Assembly: GCA_010909165.1 (NCBI GenBank) | Contig: MU008161.1 | Location: 124,001-188,000 of the forward strand | Reading direction: 5' to 3' | DNA length: 64,000 nt | Origin: Anthoceros angustus | Lineage: Eukaryota > Plantae > Anthocerotophyta | In this document: positions 33,746 through 46,100 of the stretch, in pieces | Numbering within the stretch: position 1 is the first letter of the stretch | Layout of the letters: each line of letters starts with the position of its first letter | The notes under the pieces: generated by a model | What the model saw: only the letters and a program-made list of their open reading frames with translations | The model's database searches: none | What the model was told of the DNA's origin: nothing | Translations under genes and position numbers: made by a program

Positions 33746-36700
33746 AGGGCAAAGGCGGCCCGGTGTGAATACATCGGCGTGTTGGTGTTGTGACTACTAG
33801 CCGGAATGGATAAGGAGAAGGGTCGGGCACGGCTGCGTGTGTTGAGGTGGAGTTGTGGCGGACGAGTTGAGGAGCGCTGGGCGCTTAGAGTAGACCGGCG
33901 AGGAACGCGCTGCTAAACCTGCTCCGTGTAATCGAGAAATCCCGAGGTTGTGGGAAGGTCCGGTCGCGCTACCGTCCGACGAGTTGTGGAGGGGCACACA
34001 CTTAGGGTTGTGGAGCCACGGACCCAACATGATGAAGTCCGCTCAAAGCGATAGGTCAGAGCTCGTGCGTATTAAGCAGACCATTCCCTTGGGAACGACT
34101 CCTTCCTACAACGACACGGGATTGTGCGCGCCGCCGCTATCAAGAAAGTCGCGCCACATTTTGGCGCTGCGGAATGGTATTGTTGTGGACCGCCTGAGTT
34201 AGTAGGTAGGCCGCCGATTAAGTGCGATGGGTGTAACGGCAGCCCAGGAGTATATGTAGGTAGGAGGATGCATAGGACCCATGAGGGTGCGAATCTAGCG
34301 GAGGCCCAAAGATGCTCAAAGGGAGAAAGAAGATGGGCACGGGCGCTGGAGGACGGCACATCAACCTCGAGGAGGAGGGCGACTCATCCTCAACGGAGGA
34401 TGAATCTTGGTAAAAAGGTTCCCAATGTTGCGGACTTGACACCGAGGAGGTAGTAAAGATGAGAAGGAGAGTCCACTGAAAGAGCGGAGTATTGCCTGGG
34501 TGTTACAGGCCGCCAACAGATGAGAAGGGAGTATGTGGAGTGCCAAATCCATGTCCGCATTTTGGCGGCTTGTTTTGCTTTTTTCGGTCACATCGCTAAG
34601 AGGGATAGGGAGGAGTTAGTCAATACACATTTTCGGCCGATTGCACTAGCAATCCCTAGACCGGTCCGCTGAGCCCGAGTGGTCCGTCGGCGAGGTCCGA
34701 CGGAGTGGTCCGTCCGGGCGAGGTCCGACGGAGTGGTCCGTCCGGCGAGGTCCGGCGAGTGGTCCGTCGGCGAGGTCCGACGGAGTGGTCTGCCCGGCGA
34801 GGTCCGACGGAGTGGTCTGTCGGCGAGGTCCGACGGAGTGGTCCGTCGGCGAGGTCCGGAGTGGTCTGCCCGGCGAGGTCCGACGGAGTGGTCTGCCCGG
34901 CGAGGTCCGACGAGTGGTCTGCCCGGCGAGGTCCGGCGAGGGTCTGCCCGGCGAGGTCCGGCGAGTGGTCTGCCTTGAGAGGTCCGGCGGGTGGTCCGTC
35001 CGGCGAGTGGTCTCCGGTGGTTTAGTTTGGTGGGCATCGCTGGCATGGATCTACCTGCGGGGAAGTACCGAAGTCCGCGCAGTTGATGAGTTACGCCCGC
35101 GCTACAATGTACCAGGTTAGGGTACATACATAGGCGGGTTAGGTTAGGGTACATACATAGGCGGGTTAGGTTAGGGTATGGGAGTATATAGGAAGGCTGG
35201 CGTCCAAGGCAGACTATCCGGGTACCATCTTCGGCCCGTGCTCGCCTTCCGTGCTCGAGGAGGCGGAGTGAGTTCTGCGTCACCGTGCGAGGATTAATTG
35301 GTGGTAGAGGATGTGTTTAGAGCTCGGACGAGCTCCGCCAACACGCTTGATGGGTGCATCGGTCGGACTGAGCTCGGGAGGTGCTCGGGTGATTTCGGCG
35401 AGACTAACCTTGGAGGCTGAACGGAGGTCGGATGCAGTCATGCTTCTCCGCAACGTGCATGAGGGATTAGGAGGCGCTTGGGGTGACTCACGGGCGGAAG
35501 CCATCCTTGGAGGCTGGAACGGGAGGTCAGGGATGTGGGCCACTTCTCCATGAGCGTGAAGCGCCCGGAGGGATTAGGAGGCGCTTGGGGTGACTCGGGC
35601 GGAAGCCATCCTTGGAGGTCATTGAACGGAGGTCAGGTTGCAGGTAAAGCTACTTCTCCATGAGCGTGAAGCGGTAGGAAGGGCAAAGGCGGCTGGTGTG
35701 AATACATCGGCGTGTTGGTGTTGTGACTACTAGCCGGAATGGATAAGGGAGAAGGGTCGTTAATGGTGTGTTGAGGTGGAGTTGTGGCTTTATTGTGAGT
35801 TGAGGAGCGCTGGGCGCTAGAGTAGATCGACGGAACGCTGGCTGCTAAACCTGCTCCGTAGTACCGAGAAACCGGGTTGTGGGAAGGTCCGGCATGCGCT
35901 ACCGTCCGACGAGTTGTGGAGGGGCACACACTTAGGGTTGTGGAGCCGGACCCAACTGATGAAGTCCCGCGATAGGTCAGAGCCTGTGCAGTAAGCACGA
36001 GACCATTCCCTTGGGAACGGACTCCTTCCTACAACGACACGGATTGTGCGCACCGTCCAAGAAAGTCGCGCCACATTTTGGCGCCTGGGGAATGGTATTG
36101 TTGGACTCACGCCCGAGTTAGTAGGTAGGAGTAGGACGGCCGCCGATGTGCTGTGGATGGGTGTTAGTCGGGCCAGGAGTATATAGTAGGGAGGATGCAC
36201 AGGACCGGACGAGGGTGCGACCCTAGCGGGAGGCCCAAAGATGCTCAAAGGGAGAAAGAAGATGGGCACGGGCTACTGGGAGGACACATCAACCTCGGAG
36301 GAGGAGGCGACTCATCCTCAGCGGAGGATGAATCTTGGTAAAAAGGTTCCCAATGTTGCTTGGACACGACACCGAGGAGGTAGTAAAAGATGAGAAGGGA
36401 GAGTCCACGAAAGAGCGGAGTGCAGGGTGTTGGCGAGGCCGCCAATGTATGAGAAGGGAGTATGTGGAGTGCCAAATCCGATGTCCGTACTCTTGGCGGC
36501 TTGTTTTGCTTTTTTTTCGGTCACATCAAGTAAGAGGATAGGGAGGAGTTAGCCAATAAGGCCATTTTGGCCGATTGCACTTACGGTGCAATCCCTAGAC
36601 CCTCGTCCGTTGGAGGCGGAGTGGTCCGTCGGCGAGGTCCGACGGAGTGGTCTGAGGTCCGACGGAGTGGTCCGTCCGGCGAGGTCTCAGAGTGGTCCGT

Positions 36701-39700
36701 GGCGAGGTCTGACGGAGTGGTCCGTGGCGAGGTCCGGAGTGGTCTGCCCGGCGAGGTCCGACGAGTGGTCTGCCCGGCGAGGTCCGACGGAGGGTCTGCC
36801 CGGCGAGGTCCGGCGAGTGGTCCGTCCGGCGAGGGTCTGCCCGGCGAGGGTCTGCCCGGCGAGGTCTGGAGGTCTGCCCGGCGAGGTCCGGCGGGTGGTC
36901 GTCCGGCGAGGTCCGGCCGGAGGGTCTGCCCGGCGAGGTCACGGAGTGGTCTGCCCGGCGAGGTCCGACGAGTGGTCTGCCCGGGCGAGGTCCGGCGGGT
37001 GGTCGTCGGCGAGGTCCGGCGAGGTCCGGCGAGGTCCGACGAGTGGTCCGTCCGGCGGGTGGTTTAGTTTGGTGGGCATCGCTGGCATGGATCTACCGCT
37101 TAAGGGAAGTACGGTGCAAGAAGTCCGTGCAGTGATGAGCTACGCCGCCCCGTTACTACGACCTGTGGTTAGGGCGTGGTTGGATACATACATAGGCGGG
37201 TTAGGTTAGGGTATGGGAGTATATAGGAAGGCTGGCGTCCAAGGCGGACTATCCGGTACCATCTTGGCTCCGTGTGCTCTTGCCTTGGTGCTCGAGGCGG
37301 AGTGAGTTCTGCGTCACCGTGCGGGATTAATTGGTGGTAGAGGATGTGTTTAGAGCTCGGTGACGAGCCCGCCAACACGCTTGATGGGTGCATCGGTCGG
37401 ACTGAGCTCGGGAGGTGCTGCGGGTGATTTCTCGGGTGCGAGACTAACCTTGGAGGCTGGAGCGGAGGCTGTGGGGATGCAGTGAAGCCACTTCTCCGCA
37501 GAACGCAGGGGATTAGGAGGCGCTTGGGGTGACTGCTGGGCGGAAGCCATCCTTGGAGGCTGGAGCGGAGGCTGTGGGGATGCAGTGAAGCCACTTCTCC
37601 ATGAGCGTGAAGCGGTAGGAGGATTAGGAGGCGCTTGGGGTGACTGCTGGGCGGAAGCCATCCTTGGAGGCTGGAGCGGAGGCTGTGGGGATGCAGTGAA
37701 GCCACTTCTCCGCAACGTGAAGCAAGGGCAAAGGCGGCCCGTGAATACATCGCGTGTTGGTGTTGTGACTACTAGCCGGAATGGATAAGGGAGAAGGGTC
37801 GTGTTACTGCGTGTTGAGGTGGAGTTGTGGCGGACGAGTTGAGGAGCGCCGGGCGCTAGAGTACGACCGATCAAGGAACGCTAAACCTGCTCCGTAGTAC
37901 CGAGAAACCCGGTGGTTTGTGGGAAGGTCCGGTCGCGCGCGCCCGTCCGACGAGTTGTGGAGGGCACACACTTAGGGTTGTGGAGCCGGACCCAACCCGA
38001 TGAAGTCCGCTCAGCGATAGGTCAGAGCTCAGCATTGCACGAGACCATTCCCTTGGGAACGGACTCCTTCCTACAACGACACGGATTGTGCGCTCACGGC
38101 GCTAAGAAAGTCGCGCCACATTTTGGCGCCCGCTGTGGGAATGGTATTGTTGTGGACCGCCCGAGTTAGTAGGTAGAGCAGGACCGCCGATCAAGGCTGT
38201 GGATGGGTGTAATGGTCGGGCGGTTTGTGGAGTATCTGATAGGGAGGATGCAGGGACGGCCGGGGGTCTGAATCTAGCGGGAGGCCCAAAGATGCTCAAA
38301 GGGAGAAAGAAGATGGGCACGGGCCGGGAGGTTTCAAGACATCAACCTCGGAGGAGGAGGCGACTCATCCTCAGCGGAGGATGAATCTTGCAAAAAGGTT
38401 CCCAATGTTGCGGACTTGCGACACGAGGAGGTAGTAAAAGATGAGAAGGGAGAGTCCACGGAAGAGCGGAGTATTGCACAGGGTGTTGGCGAGGCCGCCA
38501 ATGATGAGAAGGGAGTATGTGGAGTGCCAAATCCGATGTCCGTACTCTTGGCGGCTTGTTTTGCTTTTTTTGGGTCACATCTAAGAGGGATAGGGAGGAG
38601 TTAGGCAATAAGGCCATTTTCGGCGGATTGCACTCGGTGCAATCCCTAGACCCTCGGTCCGTTGGAGGACGGAGGGTCTGCCCGGCGAGGTCCGACGAGT
38701 GGTCTGCCCGGCGAGGTCCGGAGTGGTCTGCCCGGCGAGGTCCGACGGAGTGGTCTGCCCGGCGAGGTCCGACGGAGGGTCTGCCCGGCGAGGTCCGACG
38801 GAGGGTCTGCTCGGGCGAGGTCCGACGGTGGTCGTCCGGGCGGTCCGGTGGTCCGTCCGGGCGGTCCGTGAGTGGTCGTCCGGGCGGTCGGCGGGTGGTC
38901 CGTCGACGGAGTGGTCCGTCCGGGCGGTCAGCCAGGTCCGAGGTCAGTGGTCCGTCCGGGCGAGGTCAGTGGTCCGTCCGTGAGTGGTCCGTGAGGCGGT
39001 GAGTGGTCCGGTGGTTTAGTTTGGTGGGCATCGCTGGCATGGATCTCTTGTTTGGCGAGGCGGTGGTGCAAGAAGTCCCAGAATGATGAGCTACGCCGTT
39101 ACCACGACCTGTGGTTAGGTACATACATAGCGAGTTAGGATACATACATAGGCGGGGTTAGGTTGGGGTATGGGAGTATATAGGAAGGCTGGCGTCCAAG
39201 GCGGACTATCCGGGTACCATCTTGGCGCTCCGTGTGCTCTTGCCTTAGTGCTCGAGGCGGAGTGAGTTCTGCGTCACCGTGCGGGATTAATTGGTGGTAG
39301 AGGGATGTGTTTAGAGCTCGTGACGAGCTCCGCCAACACGCTTGATGGGTGCACTGGCCGGACTCGAGCTCGTGGAGGTGCTCGCGGGTGATTTCTCGGG
39401 TGCGAGACTAACCTTGGAGGCTGGGGATGCAGTGCGAAGCCACTTCTCCATGAGCGTGAAGCGGTAGGAGGATTAGGAGGCGCTTGGGGTGACTCACGGG
39501 CGGAAGCCATCCTTGGAGGCTGGAGCGGAGGCTGGGGATGCAGTGCGAAGCCACTTCTCCATGAGCGTGAAGCGGTAGGAGGATTAGGAGGCGCTTGGGG
39601 TGACTGCTGGGCGGAAGCCATCCTTGAGGTCCGACGGAGTGGTCGTCGGCGAGGTCAGGTTGCAGTGCAAGCTACTTCTCCATGAGCGTGAAGCGGTAGG

Positions 39701-42344
39701 AAGGGCAAAGGCGGCTGGTGTGAATACATCGGCGTGTTGGTGTTGTGACTACTAGCCGGAATGGATAAGGGAGAAGGGTCGTGTTACGGCGTGTGTGTTG
39801 AGGTGGAGTTGTGGCGGACGAGTTGAGGAGCGGCGCTTAGAGTACGACCCGACGCAAGGAACGCTAAACCTGCTCCGTAGTAACGGAGAACCGGTTGTGG
39901 GAAGGTCCGGCATCGCGCCTCCGGTCCGACGAGTTGTGGAGGGCACACACTTAGGGTTGTGGAGCCGGACCCAACATGATGAAGTCCGCTCAGCGATTGT
40001 AGAGCTCAAAGTGCATTGCACGAGACCATTCCCTTGGGAACGGACTCCTTCCTACAACGACACGGGATTGTGCGCGCCTTACCGCTATCAAAAGTCGCGC
40101 CACATTTTGGCGCCTGCTGCCGGGAATGGTATTGTTGTGGATCGCCGCCGAGTTAGTAGGTAGGAGTAGGACCGCCGATCATGGCTGGAGGGTGTAATGG
40201 CTGGGCTGTGGAGTATATAGGGAGGATGCATAGACCGACGCCGAGGGTGCGAATCTAGCGGAGGCCCAAAGATGCTCAAAGGGAGAAAGAAGATGGGCAC
40301 GGGGGAGGACTGCAAGACATCAACCTCGGAGGAGGAGGCGACTCATCCTCACCCGAGGATGAATCTTGGTAAAAGGTTCCCAATGTTGCCGGACTGGACA
40401 CCGAGGAGGTAGTAAAGATGAGAAGGGAGAGTCCACTAAAGAGCGGAGTATTGCTGGGTGTTGGCAGGCCGCCAACAGATGTATGGGGAAGTATGTGGAG
40501 TGCCAACCACGTCCGCATTTTGGCGGCTTGTTTTGCTTTTTTTTTTGGTCAGCATCATAAGAGGGATAGGAGGAGTTAGCATTGGCCATTTTCGGCACTG
40601 GCAATCCTAGACTGGTCCGTTGGAGGACGGAGTGGTCTGCCCGGCAGGTCCTAAGTCTGCCCGGGCGAGGTCCGATGAGTGGTCCGGGCCGGCGGAGGTC
40701 CGGAGGTCGGAGAGTGGTCTGCCCGGGAGGTCGACGGAGGTCTGCCCGGCAGTCCGATGGGTCCCGCCCGGCGAGGTCTGATGCGGGTCTGCCCGCGGTA
40801 GGTCCGCGGAGGGTCTGCCGGGTGAGGTTCCGGAGGGTCCTCGGCAGGTTCACGAGGTCTGCTCGGCGAGGTTCGACGAGGTCTGCTCGGCTAGGTCACG
40901 AGTGGTCTGTCGGCGAGGTCGGCGGAGGGTCTGGTCGGGTGGTAGGTCTGACGAGGGTCTGCCCTGAGGTCGCGGAGTGGTCTGCCCGGCGAAGTCCCGA
41001 GTGGTCGCCGGTGTGGTTTAGTTTGGTGGGCATCGCCTGCATGGATCTACCGTTTAAGGGCGTGCAAGAAGTCCGGCGCAGTGATGAGCTCGTCTGTTAC
41101 CACGACCTGTGTTAGGTACATACATAGTGGTAGGTTAGGATACATAGGCGTGTTAGGTTAGGTATGGGAGTATATAAGGCCCGGCGCCACAGACGGTGCA
41201 TTATCCCGGTACCATCTTCGCGGCCGTGTTTGCCTTCCGTGTTCGAGGAGCGAGTGAGTTCTCGGCCACCGCGGTGATTAATTGGTAGAGGGATGTGTTT
41301 AGAGCTCGTGACGAGCTCCGCCAACACGCCTGATGGGTGCATCGGATCGGACTCGAGCTCGGGAGGTGCTCGCGGGTGATTTCTGTGCGAGACTAACCTT
41401 GAGGCCTGAACGGAGCCAGTCAGCCGCGAAGCCACTTCTCCGCAACGTGAAGTGCACCGGAGGGATTAGGAGGCGCTTGGGGTGACTGCTGGAAGCCATC
41501 CTTGAGGCCGCACTGGAACGGAGGTCAGGGGATGCAGGCCACTTCTCCGTAAGCGTGCACCGAGGGATTAGGCGCTTGGGGTGACCTTGGCGGAAGCCAT
41601 CCTGAGGCCGCTGAACGGAGGTCCGGGGTAGTCGCAGTTCTCCAACGGTGCGCCCGGAAGGGGCAAAGGCGGCTGGTAATACATCGGCGTGTTGGTGTTA
41701 GACCGGGGAATGGATAAGGGAGAAGGGTGCGCATTCTGGCGTGTGTTGAGGTGGAGTTGTGGCTTGGAGTTGAGGAGCGCCGGGCGCTTAGAGTACGAGA
41801 TCGACGGGAACGCGTGAAACCTGCTCCTAGTAATCGAGAAATCCCGCGGGTTTGTGGGAAGGTCCTGCGCTACCGGGTCCCACGAGTTGTGGAGGGCACA
41901 GGGTTGTGGAGCCGCCGGACCCAACCGATGAAGTCCGCTCAGCGAAGGGTGTCAGAGCTCCAGAATAAGCACGAGACCATTCCCTTGGGAACGGACTCTT
42001 CCTACTAACGACACGGGATTGTATACGCCGTCAAAGAAAAGTCACTAATAATTAGTCAAACTAGACTCACGGTTGGTGGTTAGTTAACCAAGCGTGCTAG
42101 TGAAAGGACAAACCCTCTCGTAACCATCCTTTATAAGCCCACCTATGAACCGAACATTTTCATTGTTAATAAAGCATCTGCTTGATGCAAGATGCTTCCG
42201 CATATGCATCTCTAACTATGCGTAGGTCACCAACATACCTCGGCGGTCTTCCTTGTCGCCCTCTACTTCCATGGCGACAAGTCCATCCTCTCCTCCTTTG
42301 GTAGGAGCTTGCTCTCCTACCGTAGGCCTCTCTTCTGTCATAGC

Positions 42345-42640
42345 TCCTCCCGTAGGAGCAACTTAAAGGCCATGCTACCCTCTACATAGGTAGATTGCAA
42401 TTTGTCCCACATTTCTTTGGATATTTTTAGTATTTTGATTATAGGGATTAATCTATCTCCTACATGCAAGAGTATGTCGGAACGGGCTTGTGCATCTTTG
42501 AGAAGCCATGCAGGTAAGTCAACATGACCTGCTACTAGCTCTGCTTCAGAGCCTGTTACTACAGGCCATAAAGGACTTCTTAATAAAAGCATTTCTATAC
42601 GGGCTGCCCATGTGTGATAATTGACGCTAGTTAACTTATA
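42345..42640 (-). mobile_element. Ty1/copia gag N-terminal fragment
   Basis: KLTSVNYHTWAARIEMLL..LWPVVTG..KDAQARSDILLHV..KEMWDKLQSTY. Confidence 0.85.
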
Positions 42641-42642
42641 CC

Positions 42643-43322
42643 CGACAGGCACGCTGTGGGCAGTCTCATATTTGTTGCTAATTGGACCAGGCCAGATATC
42701 CAATACGCCGCAAGACTGCCTCACAATTCTTGAGCGACTGAAAGGCACATTGGGTTGTCATTGCCGTTTCAGTATCTCGAAAGGACAAATGACAGCCTAT
42801 TCTCTACAGGGCGGTGGGAAGAAACTTACCCTAGAAGGCTTTACGGATGCAGACTGGGCATCCGACAGCGACTCTAGGAAGAGTCTCTCAACCTATTGTT
42901 TCCTCCTCTCATCTGCCGTTGTCAACTTGTCTTGTAAGAAGCAATCGTCCATAGCACTCTCTTCCACGGAGGCAGAGTACAAGTCTCTCACAGACGCCTC
43001 CAAGGAAGCTGAGTGGGAGCGTAGTTTCCTCAAGGACCTTGACCAGGAACAAATGGCATCTACAAAGCTGCATTGTGACAATATGTCAGCCCTAGCATTG
43101 GTGGCTAATCCTAGATTTCATGCACGTACTAAGCACATCGAAATTCAGCACCACTATGTTAGAGATGTAGTCGAGAGAGGTGTGGTCAAAGTAGACTACG
43201 TGCATACAGATGAAAACGTAGCAGACATCCTCAAAAAGGGCCTGCCAAAACATAAGCACTATAAGCACCTTGAGGGACTTGGGTTATCAGATTACTCTGC
43301 CTACTTCAAGGATGGGTCTTAG
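42643..43322 (+). mobile_element. Ty1/copia RT C-terminus and RNase H fragment
   Basis: AVGSL..RPDI, LEGFTDADWA..RKS, KKQSSIALSSTEAEY, HCDNMSA, HARTKHIEIQHHYVRD, ENVADILKKGL. Confidence 0.92.
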
Positions 43323-43879
43323 GACTTATCTGGTAGGAGGGGGCGGGAACGCTGACGTTCCCTGGGTGTGGTGTGGTGTGGTGTGCCAGCAATCCAATTG
43401 CCTGCACAAATAACTGCACATAGCAGGCTCGTCAGAGGGAGAGTCCACAACACATGTTAGGTCAGTCAGACATTTGACAGCACAATAGCAAGGACAGACG
43501 GGATGGATGAAGCTCACCTTAGGATGAAATCATCCCGTGCTGCCCTGATTCTCACAAGACAGGTTTCACATCCTGCGGCTCATCTGAAGGCAGTGGGACT
43601 CCACCAGCAGCTAGCAGCAGTTCCAACTCCGCAATCCTGTTCTTGGCCGCCCTGAGCTTGGCCGCAAGGATGGGAGCAGCGTACTCCGAATAGCGAAAGT
43701 CTGGCAATTGCTGTTGGGGCCCCTCCTCCTGCGGAGCTCTGGCAGTCCCTGGGTATGGTCCTGAGCTCACCGGCATACTGTTCACTCTCCTTACCAGTTC
43801 CTCTAGTGAGTTGGAAGGAAGGTCTGCCTTCAAATGCCAAGACAAAGTGGGACTTGGCTCTCCCTTACTCGTCATGGGC

Positions 43880-44530
43880 TACCGTATGAGTCGACATGCC
43901 TCCTTGGCACATTTCAGTCCCTACTCTTGCTATTTGGGAGGGACCCCATGCCGCCTAGCTCCATTGCCAAGCAACTATATGGGGTAGTGGATCTGGATGA
44001 TCCGGCAACTTGGGCGATGGTCATCAGTCAGCGTGCCGCGCTGTTTCGGCAAGCCATGCCAATGGCCATGGCTAATTTGAGGATTGCCCAACTTCGGGAC
44101 ACCCTTAGATATGCCCACACTCGCAGTGGCAGTTTCAGACCGAAGCTCAAGAAATTCCAGGTGGGGCACTTTGTTTACTTGCTGAAGCAAGTGAGAGACA
44201 CCCTTGACACCACTACTAGTCGACATGTGCTGCGAGTTCAGGAGGTCAAGGACAATGGAGTGCTAGTGCTACAAGGATCAGATGGACGTACCACCAAGGA
44301 TCACATGAAAAATTGTGTGCCTTGCCATTTGCCCAACTTGGATCCAACCATTGTCACCAGTGATTGGGTACCTCCGGTTGATTAACCATGCAGTTGCGGG
44401 AGGACGGAGACAACCACGAGCTTATCTCTTTGTCGACCACTGCAAGGGCGGGTACCACCTATTTTGCTTGTACGCCTCTCCAGGTGCAGCGGTATGGTAT
44501 TGTCCACTATGTCTGCCTCTCCGCGTATAG
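43880..44530 (+). mobile_element. Ty3/gypsy integrase C-terminal fragment ending in a PHD finger, followed by a purine tract
   Basis: SPY-x-LLFGRDP..AMANLRIAQLRDTLRY..FQVGHFVYL; then PCSCGRT..LC/DHCKGGYHLFCL..WYCPLC (C4HC3, one stop and one frameshift); GGAGGGGCGGGGGGGG ~44561-44577. Confidence 0.8.
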
Positions 44531-44919
44531 CACTTCACACAAGCTTCAATGGTTGGAGGCGGAGGGGCGGGGGGGGTAGGAGGCAGTTGCAGGGGACCCT
44601 TTGGCGGACTCATACTGAGTAGAAACTTTGGCCCAATTCAGCTATCGGTCCCAAATACTAGGCGCGATAAGTGGGCGGTATGAGGAGAGCAAGGAGTTGC
44701 AGCAAAACTGTCCCAGCCATGGGATGATCCACCGGGCGGTAGCCATGGGACATGGCTATCCCACCAGGGGTCCCGGCCTTGGGACATGGTCCACTGTCGG
44801 GACGGACTCTCCGGCTATGGGACAAGGCAGTCCCATAGCCCTCACGGCTAAGATCGGTGGAGTTGCCCCGGGACCAGCTCATACTCGGGACACCGAAAGT
44901 CCCAAACTTTTCACGCTTC

Positions 44920-46100
44920 ACGACAGTCTTGCAAGATCATTGCCCATCTGGCCAGCTTCCCACTTAGCTTGGTGTTAGTCATCAATCACTTGAGGGGCTG
45001 ATGGTCAGTGACCAGCGTGAATGGCTTGCCATAAAGATACGGCCTGAAGTGGCAAACTGCCCACACTGCTGTCAAGCATTCTCCTTGATAGCTACTGTAG
45101 TTTGCCTTTAATAGCCCGGTTGTTGCTCCGTGATGCATATGCAATCATTCTGTCATACGAGTCAAGCCGAGCCCTGACAGTCTCGGGGCCGCTCGGTCGG
45201 TGTGGACTACGAAGGGCTTCTCGAAGTCAGGCCTTGCCATGACGGGGGCCTCCATGAGTCGCTCCTTCAAAGAGGAAAAGGCCTGCTGCGTCGCCTCTAT
45301 CCAGCTCCAGCTGACATCCTCGCGTAGAGGTCATTGAGAGGCTTGGCAATCCGGCTAAAGTTCTAAATGTACACTCGGTAGTAATTACACGAACCGAGAA
45401 AGGCTCGCAGTGAGGATACATTGGTGGGCTCCTTGACCTGCATTATGGCTTGTACCTTGGCTGAATGGGGCATTTGGCACATTTAGCTCGTCGATGTCAA
45501 GATCTGTGACAATATCCATGGTCGCACTTTTCTTGGGATGACAAGTCATTTGCCTTCAGCAGCGCTGGCAGGTCCTCGAGATGTACTAGGTGGGCTTCGA
45601 AATCCATGGCGCACATCATCAATGTAGCACATCAAGTTTGCTGAACCTGCCAAGACCGAGTCCATGACTTGCTGAAACGTCACCGGCGCATTCTTGAAGC
45701 CTAAGGGCATTACCAGCCACTCCCACAATTGCTGGGAGCCATGAAAGGCCGTCTTCTTGATGTCCTCCTCGGCCACTGGCACTTGATTGAACCCTTGGCG
45801 CAGGTCCAATATAGAAAAGTAGGTGGAGCTGCCAATGTTGTCAAAGATTTCCTCCGGCATCGGCATTGGATACCGGTCCTGTGAGGTGACAACATTGATG
45901 GAACGGTAGTCCCCACACATGCGCTTTTCCGTCCACAACCCATTGTTGTCCTTCTTAGGAGGCATCACGATGCAGGCGCCAGTCAGTAGGGCCTAATGAG
46001 TCCGCTTCGACTCGACACCTAGCATCCACCATGTCCACCCAATCTTGAGCCTTTATACCACTGGCCTCCGGCATGATGGGCTCCTTGCTGGTCAGATTGA
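44920..46100 (-). mobile_element. Ty3/gypsy RT and RNase H fragment (seed-free-plant non-chromovirus type)
   Basis: KKDNNGLWTEKRMCGDYRSIN..YPMP..LDLRQGFNQV..VMPLGFKNAP..CYIDDV; RNase H NYSSYQGECLTAVWAVCHFRPYLYGKPFTLVTDHQPLK..KLARWAMILQD. Confidence 0.9.

Larger units (their letters stand above)
32634..42050 (+). mobile_element. Tandem array of a non-autonomous LTR retroelement: LTR-I-LTR-I-LTR-I-LTR-I-LTR
   Basis: LTRs (TGTGGAGTGCC...GTCGCGCCACA) at ~32634-34158, 34534-36075, 36463-38120, 38518-40104, 40494-~42050; internal segments of ~375-397 bp start with the PBS TGGCGCC(T)GCTGCCGGGA (best at 40108-40125) and end with the PPT GAGAAGGGAGTA; no PPT before the first LTR and no PBS after the last; candidate TSD ATTAG (32629-32633 / 42051-42055). 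Confidence 0.85.

Noticed and set aside
32633-41200. Many R/G/P-rich ORFs and a CRISPR-like appearance of the 27-bp repeats
   Set aside because: The ORFs are translations of a GC-rich minisatellite. The repeats are contiguous with no unique spacers, there are no cas genes, and the context is eukaryotic.
32634-42050. rDNA intergenic spacer, 5S/Cassandra array, or retrozyme (hammerhead) array
   Set aside because: No 18S/25S/5S sequence found. TGATGAG/TGATGAAGTCC motifs lack the paired stem II and GAAA core of a hammerhead. The PBS/PPT/LTR structure explains the unit.
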